64,000 nt of DNA from Acanthaster planci (Eukaryota): positions 682,001 to 746,000 of the forward strand of contig NW_019091361.1 in the NCBI RefSeq assembly GCF_001949145.1. Reading direction: 5' to 3'. Shown here piece after piece: positions 1-14,491 of the stretch. The notes under the pieces were generated by a model. It did no database searches. It was not told the DNA's origin and saw only the letters and a program-made list of their open reading frames with translations. Both the position numbers and the translations under genes were made by a program. Numbering within the stretch: the first letter of the stretch is position 1; every line of letters starts with the position of its first letter.

Positions 1-3000
1 TCCCAAGGTCTTGGTTCATCATCCAAATGATTCAATCTACATGAATATCTGATATCATTTCCCACTACACAGTGCATGTATGTGGGAGATTTATTACTTT
101 TCAACCATGCACATGTAACATTGTAATGTAGGCCTACATCACTTAAATACAGTGAGTATAGTGTCGAGATTGAGTTTGCAATAATGAGCAAATACTTGTC
201 TAATATCTCAGTTCATTTCGATCAAATGAGCTATAACTGAAAGTAAGAAAGACACATCTTATAATCACCTAGGACCTACCAATAAGATTTTGTGGTGGAT
301 TTCTGCTAAGCTAGGAATGACAGGTGGAAAACTTATGGTCACCCACCTTACTGACAATTGGACTAAAAGACCAAGTTTGAATGCAATAAGTGTCAGTGAA
401 AGACTGTGTACGGGGGACAAGAAGTCAGCCTTTCAGACATGCAGACAGCATTTCCTTAAAATTATCCCCTGATGAAAAGAAAAATCAGTTTACCAAATGG
501 ACAAGCACTTAAGCTGTACTTTCATTCAAAGTTGAGGATAGTAAAACCAGTGCCACTAGTCACCCTGTTTACTAACCGTCCATCTATCAGTCCCCAACTC
601 TTGACACTAACTACCAGCAATCACACACTCCTGTGATTGATCGTCCATGGACAGCCCTACAGTCTTACAAGGGAAACCAGCCCCAATGGCCTATTTCCCT
701 CATTGTCTTGGACTGATGACTGCCTTAGTTAAGGGCTTCCACCTTGCCGCAATCCATTGTTCTTAGCTAATGATTGAGCTACATTTCAGTCTCTCTCCGT
801 CTGCAGTCTTTTAGATGTATCTGGGTCAGAGTCATATGCTTGATTGGCCAATTTCCTGGTTTTCAGCCAATCTGGGTTTTGTACAGTTATGTTGTGCTTC
901 TGTTTTATATACACTGTACAGTATACTGGTGTGTAGATGTATATACCTTCACAGAGAAAAGAAAAATAATCCAAACTAGGCCACGCTTAAAAAGTCCAAC
1001 TTCTTAATTTCTTAACAGATTTGTTCCTTTGATGGAGTATATTTGGTACAGATTAGAGATTTTGCTTTGGATGGGGATCTCAGTAGTCAGTTGAAATTAC
1101 CTTGGAAATGAGAATTATGACACTACTGCTGCATGTATATCAACTAAAGAAATTCATGTCCAACCTTGCATGCATGGTCCAGTAGTGATGGTTATTTTGA
1201 TGCCAAGGCGTGGTGTTTAATAATAAAAAATAACCAAAATAACCAGATTGGTGTTCGCTCCAGATCTTCACTCAACAGACTTATGTTAGTCATTAACCAG
1301 TAAGTCTAAGATCAAGTGCAGAGGGTTGAATCCAAGTCAAAATCTAAGTTATTTATCATCTTGACTCAAGTCGAGTCTGAGTCCCCAAAAATGGGACTCC
1401 AGTAGGACTCAAAAGTCAGACAACTATTATTCATAAACTGCGATACACACCAATAATAACGAAGAGGCACATTATATTGTACACGTGAAAAAATGCCTGT
1501 GCATACAGGTACATGTACATGTGCAGGCACAATCTAACATCCAACAATTGAAACATCCTTGTCAAATAGTCACTAGATATACATGTACTTCATACTCTAG
1601 GGAGAGGTTGCAATTTCTGATCAATTCACTCTTCCCTTAAAATACAGTAACCGGTTCAAGTAGCTCTTGTTTTGTGCACAAATCTACCCCCCCTTGTCCC
1701 ATTTGAAAAGGTTGAAAAGAATTGTACATGTATGTTCCATGCTCTGTCTTCTAGATTGAGCCTTCAGATTTTTCACAAGTGTTTTTACAGTTAATCAAAC
1801 CTGAAAAAGAAATCAATAACAATTAAGCAGTTGATTAATTGATGGATTTCTCTCGTTACACTGTACACACACGTACAAACACCCACATTGCACCATGGAG
1901 GAAGCCTCCATGATTGCGCTAACAAATGCCAGGAAAGGTAATGCGTTTCTTGCATCTCAGAGGCTGTTCTTTGCTATCTTAATATTGTCACAATGGATGC
2001 ACAAAAAGTTTACTCAAACATACCGGTACTATAACATGATGTCATATGCATATGGTCTATTATTTACACACAAGAAATCTCAATTTCACGTAAAGACTTT
2101 AAGACCCTTCATCTGTTTGAAATCAAACTTCATCTGAGTTACAATTCTCACATCCTGAATTGACATTTGCAAGCAAATGTAAAGGAAAACTTAATTACAC
2201 CATGGAACTATAGCTCCATGGTTACACAGCATGAAAAATTGAAAGCTGGTTCCCAACACCAACAAAAATGTCCCATTCCAGCCACACTCATGTGCAGGAC
2301 CTTGGAGGAACTGATGTCTTCCTATCACTATGCTGTCCACACTGGACAATTATTCATTCCCACCTTGCCAATTATTCATCGGTCTTTCTAGAAGGAGTCT
2401 GGCCATGTGTAGCTGCTCCATACAAACCTGACAGCTGTCAAGGCCAAGCTGGAGCCAGTTTGCTGAAGACAACTTAAAGAAAGAGTTCCAGTTAAGCAAC
2501 CTACAGTGTCAGACATCTTGGTGGGGGGGGTTGACTAAGACAGGTGTGATTTAGCTTAGAGATGACACCTGCTGAACAATGGAAACACCTGATGAGATGC
2601 TGTCTTGGGACAGGAAAATAGATTGGTCACATATCCCTCCTCCATGGGTCAAGGTCATCAGAGATGTTTTTTTGTCTAGTGATGAGAGTGGATCACATCA
2701 TGCACCTGACTGATGTAGTTTCTCTCATGCCTCACATCCAGGCATGTCCAACTGATGTGTTTGTAGTATGCATTTGATCCAAGCCTCACAGATGCATTAC
2801 TTTGCCAAGAGAAGCAAGCAACAAAGGCTGCTCAAATCCTAGCACTAACATCACAAAAATGAAATCAGATTTTGAAAATAAAAACACTGTGATGAGTAAC
2901 AAACTCCAGATAACACTTCTCCAAGTACGTTGTTTTTGTGACAGAACTAATGTGTAAAGCCTTTCAAGAGTTGGAAGTTACATTTAACATAATCTTGATA

Positions 3001-4329
3001 TTTTCACAAGAACTTTATTGAATCCACCAAATCCCTCAACATGCAGGAAAGCAACAGCAAATGTTGGTACTTTCAAGGGGCAGCAAAGCCCCAAATAAAA
3101 GCAGCAGCAGCTAGGTTGTAGGCAACTGTATTTTAAAGGCGCTTTATTTTATGAATGTGCGTCATTTTAATTTGTAGCTACATGTATGCCTCTTTTCCTT
3201 ATTGCTTATGGAGCAGATGTGTAAGAAACAAAAGCTGCAACCCTTTGGTCATTTGCACTCCAACAGACGGTGGAGAGGTAGTAATAAAATCCTTGGTGAT
3301 GTTCTTCCCTATCCTTAATTAAATTAAAAGACCAATGAGATCAAATTATCTAGAATCAACTATCAAAGGTGTCGTGTATATTAACAGATCTCTGTTAAAT
3401 CCAAACAAATAGAGAAATACATGTACAAGGTTACAAAGTTTACAGAAATGAAGCCAGATACCAATGTCTGACTGACTGAGCACTACAGAAGCCATTTAGT
3501 AAAACCTACACCAACCTACATCAATTGACAATCAATGGGTATTAACGTTCTTGAGATGCACAATAATTTTGGGGGCTCATTATCTAAAAACAAAGGAGAG
3601 ATTGCCAATATATATGGCTGCTCTAATGAAATGTTTATGGACAGGTTCCCTGTTAATTACCACTGAAAATAAAAAACAGACAATGACTTAAATCTGCCAA
3701 AGACAACAGCTACAATGTGTCAAAGGAATTTAAGCTTCCGGATGGCTAAAAGCAGATCCATACATTACATGTGAATGTCCTTATAGAAACAACACCAGCA
3801 GGATAACATGATTTTTATGAGTCAGGCCTCTATACATACATGTACTTGTACATGTATGAAAAAACATGTACAGTACGAATGAAATGGGTCTTGTAAAATG
3901 CACGGGGAAACTTTGATAATAAGCATTTCATAGTTCTGTAGTTTTCAAGAGGCCTTGACAATGTTGTTTGACACAACAAACTTCTCTCTGTGACACAGAC
4001 ATACATGTACATGTACACCTACAGAATACAGTACACTGTACATGTACAGGTGTAGTTATCAAAAGCATGGCCAGGAGGTATTGTGTCTGTCTGCACACAC
4101 CAACAGAAAGCTACATGCATGGCTATGCATGTGGAGACAAGGTTGACTTTATGACCTGGGTTCATGTAATGTAAAGCATATTTAAGTGATGTACAGGTGA
4201 ATTCTTAATTACATCTACAGGTGTATGTACATGTACTTTCTGAGCAACGTGGACATGTACATGTACCTGTTTGACTATCAATGTGTAAAAGTGTAACCAA
4301 TGTTTGCAAAAACAAAGTTTGACTGAATA

Positions 4330-4545
4330 CAGGGTAATAGCTCCGCTGGCCGGTGCTGTCTAGAGCTAGTCAGCACTCAACATTACCATCTGGCACTGTG
4401 GATGAAAATGAAGCTTGCCCACCAGCACAAATTACAACGTATACTACATTATTGCAATTTTTGGCAGAGAGAGAAAGTGGGTTGTATTTAAAAAAAAAAA
4501 CGTCAAAAACAGCCGGCACTAAAAAAAGTCCGAGCTACAACACTG
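4330..4545. mobile_element. hAT-type non-autonomous DNA transposon (MITE)
   Basis: Termini CAGGGTAATAGCTC (4330) and GAGCTACAACACTG (ends 4545) are 11/14 inverted repeats. They are flanked by 8-bp direct repeats ACTGAATA / ATTGAATA (7/8), and an 8-bp TSD is the hAT hallmark. Confidence 0.75.
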
Positions 4546-5040
4546 ATTGAATATTACATGTCTTCAAAGGAAGCATACTGGCATTGGTTTTTATACCTGC
4601 TGGCTGAAATATGACTACGTCCATGCACATATTTCATATTTTCCTTTTGTGTTGGTTACAAGATGTTTCTTAGCGGTGCAATCTTTCAGCCTGCACAGTA
4701 CAGTGATTCCTCATAGCAGGCGTACACGTACATGATGTATGTAGAGCAGAGGGCATCTGCATCAGTGAACTGCTCAGTACAATCAAATGACACTGTATGC
4801 TGAAACATCACACCACTGAGGATATGTTGCAACCAGGATTTACACGTATCCCTTCTTGGTAGACAAAGCTGAAATGCGAGCCAACAATTTGAAAGTTTTA
4901 AGAGTAGCGCTCTTATTGTTTACTACAGCACAAAGCTACATGCATGCCGTGAATAACCTCCTGTTTCTCTAGCCTCTCAGCATAACATCAGATGAGACAA
5001 ATAGTTTCAAGACTTTCAAGACTACTTTTGCAGACTGCAT

Positions 5041-5566
5041 TTAAAGGTACGGTCCATCATTTGTCATGTGTGCATTACGTTCCTTTGAGGCAACAGACTA
5101 ACCCATAATCAAAAGAAGGGTACCTAAGAACAAATCTGATGAATTTCAGCTCTGTAAACAATGAACACTCTGAGAAAACAATATTCTACAATTTCTATTT
5201 CAGATCAAAAGTTGTTGAGTTACGTTTTGAGTTACACCTGATTTCATCATCTGGGACCTGTTTTCATGCTCAGTCCAATGCAGCTACTGTAAACTGTGAC
5301 ATGCACTCAACCGACGAATTATAGTAACTGTGTGCACCTGTCATGTCAATGCTTGCACACTCTTGATGGCAATTTTCCAACGATGCATCTTTAGATGCAT
5401 CGTTTAAATGGCTTTCTAACATTGTTTTCTTCAACATGACAGCTTGCCAGAGAGAATCTCACAAGGAGTTTAGTCCCATAACCATGTTTAATCCAAGAAT
5501 GCTTTCCAACCGTAATTTCATCTGTTGCAATATAGACAACTGCCAAATGATGGACTTTGCCTTGAA
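5041..5566. mobile_element. Degenerate TTAA-ended MITE (Kolobok/piggyBac-like)
   Basis: TTAAAGGTACGGTCCATCATTTGTCA (5041-5066) is inverted at 5541-5566 as TGCCAAATGATGGACTTTGCCTTGAA (21/26 identity). No coding capacity. Confidence 0.6.
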
Positions 5567-8500
5567 AATGTCTAAGGCCCATGAAACTTCAGGTATGTGA
5601 TAAAAGGACTTCATCTTTGGAGATCTTCTGTATGATTATCACTTGCTAGTTTGGTTGCTCCTTTTGAGAGGGAGGAGTAAGGTGTTAGCGCGGCAACAGG
5701 TCTTGCCGAATGTGCATCATGAATTGGTCTGCACACTTGACTACATGTACAGTACCTGAATATTTCCCTGGGCTTTCACGCTTGCTGAAGTCAAGGAGGC
5801 TGACCCACGCTAGCAAAACAAAGTTTGTCATCTTCAACTCGGCAACCCACCCCCCATCAATCACCTTATACTGCATCAACCCTATTCACCAGGTGCAGAG
5901 GACTGAGATTGGGTGAACCTGTGTGTGTGTGGGGGAGGTATGGAACATTAATAGGCCAGCAATGCTGCCAAGCTACAGTACCAGAAATAAGACATGACAG
6001 TGAGGTGGTTGTAAAGCAATGGGGGACTGCTTTTCGGCAAAATGCACATTTATTATTTAAGAAGGGAGAATAACCTGTGTTATCATGTTCATCTTTTGTT
6101 ACTGACATTTTTTGACAGAAATCTTTGAGTTTTCAAAATCCACTTTTATGTGGTAAACTAATGAAATATTCTTAGACAAAACGGGCCTTCACACCGAGTA
6201 CCGAGCAGTGATCCTGTTCTAAAAAAGAAAGCTACATGTATATACATTATAATCACTAGAATGTTAACTCCCTGTGCAAAGTGAAACCTGCTGGACGTGT
6301 CCATGTGTTACGCACAAACCTATGGAAATCATGAAATTCTGTATGGTGTTTGCATGGCTATTTGTGTCTGTATTCTAAAACGATTAAAACGATAAGTTTT
6401 CTTCAGTGTACATGTAATGTAAATGCATGAGTATGTGCAATGCAAAAACTAACTTAAAGAATACCGACTACCAGTTATTTGCAAATGTTATTCTTGCATG
6501 TTACATGCAACATATGTACAGTAAATCAGAATTCCTTCCATCTTATTAGATTCTTCAGACAGGTGCATAAATCCAAGATATCAGTGCCCAGGAGGCGTCA
6601 AAGCCTCTGTGTGTGGGGAAGCAACTGCGGACAAACCACACTGTAGGTGTTAGGTTTAAGAGTAGTTGGGGAACTAGACCTGTCTACTGCAGTTTCTGAA
6701 CATTACCGGTATCTTGCTTGTGCCAAACAGGTAGAAAGCTGTACACCAATATGCATTTAAATATAATTTTTAATGATTTAATAAGGGAAAGTATTGGTAA
6801 TCAGAAATCAACAGGGCAAGACCAAATAGTTTCCATGTGTCCTACTGATGTTATTTATGCCCACAAGAAACTTTCTCTCTTCTCACTGCGTAAAAGAGCG
6901 AGGAACAATGGAACACCAGAGCCAAACACTGAGAGCGGAAGTATTAACACAATCATGCCAGATGCACAAATCCAATATCTTCAAAACAAATAAGATTTTA
7001 ATCTTTACACTTCATAGGGTAAAAAAAAAAACAAGGAAATTGATCATGAATGACAATGTAGAACCCCAAGACAAAGTATTGAGTGCAGTAGGATCAAGGT
7101 CTAGGTTAGACCATGGATACCCTGCTAATTTCTGAGCCAAAGGGTCTTCTCCAAACTGTAGTGTATGACAATATGAGTACATGTACATCATTAAATTGTT
7201 TCATTCTTGGAAGCTACTTTCAATATTTCATCAAGTTATACTTGATCATTATTTACACTTAATCCACAACTTTGCTGGCACAGTGACTGCTGGGTCAATG
7301 TCCATTTTTTTTGTGAGATGTTGAGGGCACTTTAAGTTGCTTGGATTCCTAATAGACTTCCTCTGGCCACAGACTGACAGTTGGACTGATTGCAATCAGC
7401 CAGTATTTGAAGGAAAGGATGTTTCTCCAATACGTCATTTAATTGAGGGATATTCATGGGTAATCAGCCTCCATCTCGGAGCATGAGTGGGCTGGAGTCA
7501 TACAAGGCAGACAGTGGCGACAGCTTGTTCTCTGCTCTGTAATCTGATTGGGATAAATCCTGGACTCTGACTCAACTTTGCACAACTCTACAGCATCTTT
7601 GCCTTATGATGAGATCTTAATGCTATTGGTTGAAGGGGGAAAGACAGTACTCGGTAAACAATACTTCACATCCGCCACATGGAATCTTAATCACGCTGTT
7701 CCAGTTTCACCAACATAAATGTAGTCACATATGTAAAGTTTCCGCAGTATGTAGGCCTAAAATTCAAAGAGCGCAGAGTTGTGTGTTACCACCAATATCA
7801 GCTGTCCATCCCATTCACTCTTTTTACAGATGTCTTTAAACATACCAGTCTTTTACAATGTTTACAATTTTAATTACGTTATATATGTATACTTTTTTCT
7901 TACTTAATGGATTTTTAATTGATCAGTATTTAAGCTTGGTCCTTCATTGATGCTTTAGTCTGTCTCATTTGCCCTTATTCTCCTTTCTTACCCCTAGCCT
8001 TCATGTATCTTGCCCCTTGGGTCTCCTACTCCCCCTCCCTGTTATCTTTCCCCTTGTCCCCCCAACCCTCCTAATATTCCATCCTCCTCTTTCTACGTCT
8101 TTTTGTTTGTTGCTTTTGGGAATACAGCTTGTGCATGTGTGGTATATTTTGTATTTGTTTTATGTTTTACATGTGTAGTTGTACTTTGGTTTGAATTGTG
8201 TAATTTAATGTATTTTTTAGTATTTATATTGAGCATAAGCGAGGATAGCAATGTTAGTCTGAATACAAACAGTAAGAGGATATGGGACAGCACTTTATAG
8301 ACTAACTAAATATGAAATACTGCATAAGCTTATTTTTTTTCCTTTAAGTCCCAAAAAATGTGACCTTATTCCACCAACGATGAACTATCATAGTTTTCTC
8401 GATCTTTCGATTGTAAATTCCATCAAAAACTGGACTGCTCATGCGCCGCACTGCACCACTTGCGTCAGCGGCCTGTTCGTGCAATCGCTGGTGAACATGC

Positions 8501-9699
8501 CTAAAGCTACATTCTTCCTATGCGTATGCCCACTACCAGCTTCAACACAAGGCCATTGGTCTTGTTCCAAGGCAGAGATGGGAAATTTTGATCATTGCTC
8601 ATTTGACCTTCAATTCACTCAACAGGTTGAGTAGAATTTCTTTTCTTTATGGCAGAAATGAAGGATGGAAAGTAGTCAAAGATTTGTGTTTTGGCAGAGT
8701 GAATGACGGTAATCATGGTGCATATCTCACAGACTCAAACACGGAGCATGCGCAAAGAAACGCTTGCAGTCCGCCCACAGCCACAGGTCCGTACGTCCGT
8801 GTACCAACGGAGAGCGGTTGATACATGCAGGACTATTAGAAACATGCATGAATTTGAACACCGATGTCCACCTGGGCTGATGCCATTGGTGGACATACCA
8901 GCTTCTCTTTCTTATGAATGGTTTAAGTTTAGTTGGGAAACCCTGGAAATATTTGACTTTAAATAACTTTGGATCGCTGATTTTATATCAAGGTTTGTGA
9001 GATTTGGGAAATTTTCCAAAAGCTGGCATCATGGGAATTTTCAAATGCTTCAACAGTTACTTGCATTTGGAGTATTTCATGGTAAAGGAAGAATTAATAC
9101 CGGGCAAAGGGCTGCATTGTTTAGGTTTTTTCTTTCAGTTCTGAGCAAATGTTTGTAATAAGTGACAAAGTACATGTGGGCCTACTTTTTCCACCACAGT
9201 TTGCTTCGATCTTGAAACACGACGTTGGTTCAGCGAAAATTTTTTTTCTTTTTTTTTATAAGTAATAAACACTCCAAGGAATGAGTTTCTAATTGGTGTC
9301 GATCTGTCAGATGTTACAAATTGAGTTTCCAATAAAAAATAGAGGGTAATCAGTGACAAGAAATTTCATTGCAAGGAATTTAGCAAGTGGGAAAAACTCT
9401 GATGTACATGTAGTTTTCATCGCTCACAATGTAGCAACCAAATGCTCAGCACGTTAAGGAGTCACAATTGGCATGCAGCCAACAGTGGGCCATCAGCGCG
9501 CTGCAGACAAATTGGTCGGAGTACTGCACAGTGCCACTGCGATTTTGCAAAGCATTTGGGCCACGTCTCGTCACAAACTTCAGTTTTTGGCTACGAAAAT
9601 AAAGCCACATGGTTTAAGTTCCTTGATTTGGCACAAAAACAGACATTTTTTAAAAAATCAACGGATCATTTTATATGGCATTCTTTACGAATCGCTGGA

Positions 9700-9837
9700 C
9701 TGTTCCTGGAATCAGATTTCAAGATTATGGGATCGGTGATGGCGTGGATTTGATTTCTCAAAAAAGTGGAATTGCAACTCCGATTCCAAACTTGGAATCA
9801 ATTCTACCTGATTCCGGTGTGGATTGGCCCAAGCCTG
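9700..9837. mobile_element. Terminal fragment of a GGAATC/GATTCC-rich non-autonomous DNA transposon
   Basis: Clustered GGAATC/GATTCC subterminal motifs ending in CCCAAGCCTG, a CAGG-type terminus. The partner terminus was not found. Confidence 0.35.
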
Positions 9838-10699
9838 GTTTCTATCTGGCATTGCAGGGCACACGAGTTCTCATCACCAGCCAATAGCCTTAAGAGAAAG
9901 ACGCAGTCAAAAAAGTAAAATGGATCATTTCAACTTAACAACATATGCAACATCTTTCTTTTGCTGTAAAAAGTGAATTTATCTGGATTGAGACATATAA
10001 CATCTTGGATTTGTGGGTCAGTGTTGGGGCTCCAGTTGGGATTAGCCCTGAGAAATGGGTCAACCTCTTCTACATGTAACCAGGGTTATAGACAGAATTA
10101 AAGTTAGATCTAAAAGTAGGGAACTGGCTGCTCCAACCTGGGTCAAATAAACTGACAAACACTAGGCAAGGCTTGATTAAGAAGGCAGAGTGATATAAAA
10201 CCTTTGAGGCAATAAAGGATGGAAGCCAATTATGATATTACCGGTTTGACTGCCTCTCTCAAAGAGTAACACTGTCAGTGATTCCTACCCATACTTCAGC
10301 AATGTCTGTCCAAACCCTGTCTTCATCTCTGGAAATCAGAGACTTCCGATCTTTGAAAGCCTGCAACTGGCCAACATAACAAAAATACTGATACATATCT
10401 CCTTTGGCTGACCAGGGGTGAGGAAGGAAATTAAGGAAAATGAAACATCCACAAAATAGTCAGTACTGGTTACCCAGACCAGCATGGGGTCTATGGTATG
10501 CTGGTACATTTAAATTTGCCTACATGTACATGTACTTGTGTTCTACATCAACCTTTGTAAAAACACCTCACTAATAACGGTATACTCAGGAGTTTCCAGC
10601 TTTCAAAAGAGATTGTTTGGAAAATCCTAAAATCAGGAAAATCCTGACGGGAAAAATCCTGACAAATCTCACCCCTGGCTAACTTTGTCTTCAACACTT

Positions 10700-12070
10700 A
10701 TTAGAGCACACACAAGTGATGAAAATACAAGTGGACACAACTCTTGAAACGGGACACAACTGTTCGAACGATGAATTTGGTTGCCAAACACTGACGCTGC
10801 AGTTTGTAGATGTCCCGACCAGAACTCATGTGTAGAAAGAGATTACATATGTCATCCTTACTCCCTAAACACAAGACACCACACCCAGACATGGGGAAAC
10901 CAGAATTCTTCAAATCTGCATCATTTCAAATAGTCCACCTCTGCAGGTCTGTTCAGTAATGGGAAAATTTCAAAACACTCCTACTCCACCATGGACATGT
11001 ACACCTCCAAGACACCGACACACACACTACAGGTAGACCTTTTTTTTTTTAAATTCTACACTCCAGCCGAGATTGAACACAAATAAATAAAAGCGGTCTT
11101 GGAGGTTTAGGTGTTACAGAGTTCAAGTGTGGAGCCACAATGGCTCCATTGTCTGCTGATTGACATTCAATGCCGTGAAAAGCTAAAATACCGATATAAA
11201 CAGGGAGCCAGGCAAACATAACCTTAGCTGCCAAGCATTGTGGATGGGCCTTATAGAGTAGCACCTAGGTGAATACTGGTACAGTCCAACTGCTGCACTA
11301 GGCTTCCCTAATATCAATAAGACTGGTTCGATAAGCAGCACCTCAACAAGGAACAGATTAACAAATGCCTTTTTAAATAACAAATTATTTGTGCCACTTT
11401 ATTCTGGTAGGAAAACTCACCTCCCAAACAAATTAAATGACATTCTATAATCTCCATGAAAAGTACCCATGTGGTACTTTTGCTTGCACATTTGAATGAT
11501 TGATTTGTTTGTAGGATTGCTTGAGCTGAAGAATGAAGGAATGTTGACAAAAGTTTACTTTGAATGGTTTGGCCTAAAAATGGTATCTGCAATACGCAGA
11601 GCTTTGCCACACAACAGAGGTCTGGAAATGAAGCAAGTGCCACAAATTCAAGAACTAATTTAGTCCAGAACTACTTTAGGCATGTGCACCATTCTCTAAA
11701 TGTCTGCACATGAATGTTATGAGGAATAAACCCGTTTTTGAACCATACAATAACCTCAGATAAAGATCTCAACCCAATTAAAAACCTAACCTTTACAGGT
11801 GGCCTCCTGTCAACATTCCAACCAACTCTGAAAAGTGTCCCTTTGCACCAGACTTCCTTTCAATCTTGAACAAGAGAGCAAAATGCTGCCACAGTTTTGA
11901 GAAGGTGGGCATGGATGACTGGTAACATTATTTGCCAACCCACTCTATGCAGGTGTCCTAAAGAATGCAAATCATAAACTAGACTTATTGGCTGCTTTTG
12001 GAAAGTGGGACTAACAATATAGGGTAAAAAATGATGATCTCGAATCTGAAGCATCTTCACTAAACTTCAC
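10700..12070 (-). mobile_element. Possible highly decayed 3' part of an L1/Tx1-like LINE ORF2
   Basis: Broken minus-strand frames loosely resemble post-RT motifs (SLVYDL..GHLHRVGWQIMLP) and a terminal Cys/His finger (GCGVLCLGSKDDICNLFLH). Many stops and frameshifts. Confidence 0.25.
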
Positions 12071-14480
12071 TCGTAAATTTTGGTTTACTTTTCAACAATC
12101 CTGAAGTGAAAGTGCTGATGGTAATTGGGAGGGGATGCATGTAGCAGGAATCTTTGGCTATACATGTACATATGTCGACCTTTTAACACCCCTTCGTATT
12201 TCATCCTGTCGAACAGACAATACACTGTACAATCTACCAATACCCACAGGGTGGTATTACATGTACATTAATGCAGATGTACATTGTACCAATGAAAAAG
12301 GACAAAAAAGCAGTAAGACGGAAGGTCATGAACTTCCAGTCAAATGTCTACAGCAGTTTGACTGGGTTAACACTCCCGGATACTGATCTGGCTGATATGG
12401 AAATCAGACCAAACGCTTGTTGGAAATGGACCATTTCCTATTGCAATCACACACTGGGCACAGCTGGTGCTTATACCATCAAATACACTATCTTTATCTC
12501 AAAATCGGCTTTATCTTGTACTATGCATAATGCATGTACATGAAGAGGAAATTTAACCCCAAAATGTACAACACATCAGGGAAACAAGGAATACAGAGGT
12601 CATGAAAGCAATGTACTCATAGGAACATGCTTGAAATTCTTTAATATGTCCCACTATGCTTCTCTGGGATAAATTTGAAGCATCAACAATTTCCTGAAGG
12701 CAATGGCACTTCCAAGTCCCTCCTCGGCTTGGCTATTTATCCTGCAAAGCTGAACGTGACATTTTGATATTCAAAAGATATTACCAAATGCACTTCACTT
12801 CAATGAATACTTCTAGATCTCACAAAGCAAACTGAAAGTTAATTTTGTCTTGTTGATTGGATACATATAAAGATTCAGTTCTTTCGGCTGCTGTTGGTCA
12901 GGACACTCATACCGGTGTTTAGTAAGCATTTGTAAGCCTTGCTGGGTGAAAACCGTTTCCTCTGTGTAAAGCAGTCACTCACTCACCTACAAATTCTGCT
13001 ACGTGAGGCAACAATGACACATATTTTCCCTTCCCTCTGTATGACTGTCCTTTGGGGAAATTTCCAACAATGCACCTTTGGTCGTTCCAGAAAACACAAG
13101 CCAATACACACACAAGGACGAACAAAACCAGTTCATTCCATGAAGGAATGAATTGGTGACAGAAACGGCAATATAAGGCCACAATGGCCAAGCACGTTTT
13201 ATGAGAAAGATCAGCAGAGAATGGCAGACAGAACTTTAAAAAAGGTTTATAAACAGACTGTGTCTTTCTGTTCAACGTTTATCTTAATAGTCATTACTGC
13301 ACTGTTGTTTATCATCCACACATGTTCGGTATGACAAGATATTATAGGAATCAATCAAACAAGAATCTAATCCCACAAAACAATCTAGTTGGAAATGTTT
13401 GCCACTGCAGTAAGCCCCAAAAGTAGGCTGCTAATGTAACAGGCCTGAACAGTCCAGAAAATGTGGAGTCATCTGCAAGTCGACAGAGTTCTGAATGCGC
13501 TTTCGTCTGAAAACATTTTTGTGACGAATGTCCAAAATACAGTTTGGTGGGAATGACTCACAACGAAAAGTCTCTTCAACTTCAACCCCATTAACAGAAA
13601 CCTCTTGTTGTTGTTGCTGTCCAGTGAACAAAGGTGACCAAATAATGCAATAAGGAGAAGATTCTCAAAGTAGAATTTTTACAGGTGTCATTCAAGACTA
13701 CCAGTAGCACTACAGACTCATGTATCCAAAGCAGGTGCCACAACCGACATGTACAGGTGCATTAGCAGTTTCTGCACACATACGTATGCGCATTCATCTC
13801 CAAGGTACATGTACAACCAAAATTAAACAAATATTCCACAGAAACGAGTGGGATTTGGTAAATGGCCTCAGTTCACTCACATGTCAACCACTAATGCACC
13901 TGTACATGTCGGTTGTGGCACCTGCTTTGGATACACGAGTCTGTAGTGCTACTGGTAGTCTTGAATGACAACCCTACCGGTACATTCAGTACCTCTGCTG
14001 TGATTAAACTTACAAGATGAAGTCACCCATCAAAAGGGGGAAAACATTCACACAGTGGTCTTTACTCTACACATGTACAATACGTGAGGACAGAAAAACT
14101 TAATGCTCTCAGTGCAGTTAATTTCACACTAATGCTAAACGAAAAGGGGGAAGAACACTTGTGCAAGTTTTGCCAAAACAAAGTACAGATTTTGTTAGAA
14201 ATTTTCACAAATTGGAAAAGAAACACTTTATTGCAATTATACTTTAAAAATGTAACATACATGTAATTTGTTCTTATTGCAACAGCTGTAATAATCAATT
14301 AGGTTTTAAAGAGTGAGTTTCCAACAAAACATTTGGTACCAAATTTTCACACTTCAACCTAAGAGAATTTTTTCCCAGTATCTCAGTTTTTTAAACTTAA
14401 CTACGGAAAGACAACAAAACATGTTTTGTAGTTTTGTTAAGGTGACTTTGGACTTGATTCAAAAGGGTTGAAAAGCGTAC

Positions 14481-14491
14481 CTTCGCAGCAT
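14481..14491 (-). CDS. Candidate coding end of an alternative first exon (M-L-R-, phase 2) of unidentified host gene
   Basis: Minus strand AAAAATG CTG CGA AG|GTACGC: A-rich start context, AG|GTA donor, and the same intron phase as the 16918 and 18691 candidates. Confidence 0.3.

Noticed and set aside
13562..13591. Possible first exon MGLKLKRLFV|GTGAGT (similar weak candidates at ~20310, ~23080, ~33114, ~62629)
   Set aside because: Phases do not match the phase-2 set and no independent support exists; such sites are expected by chance.
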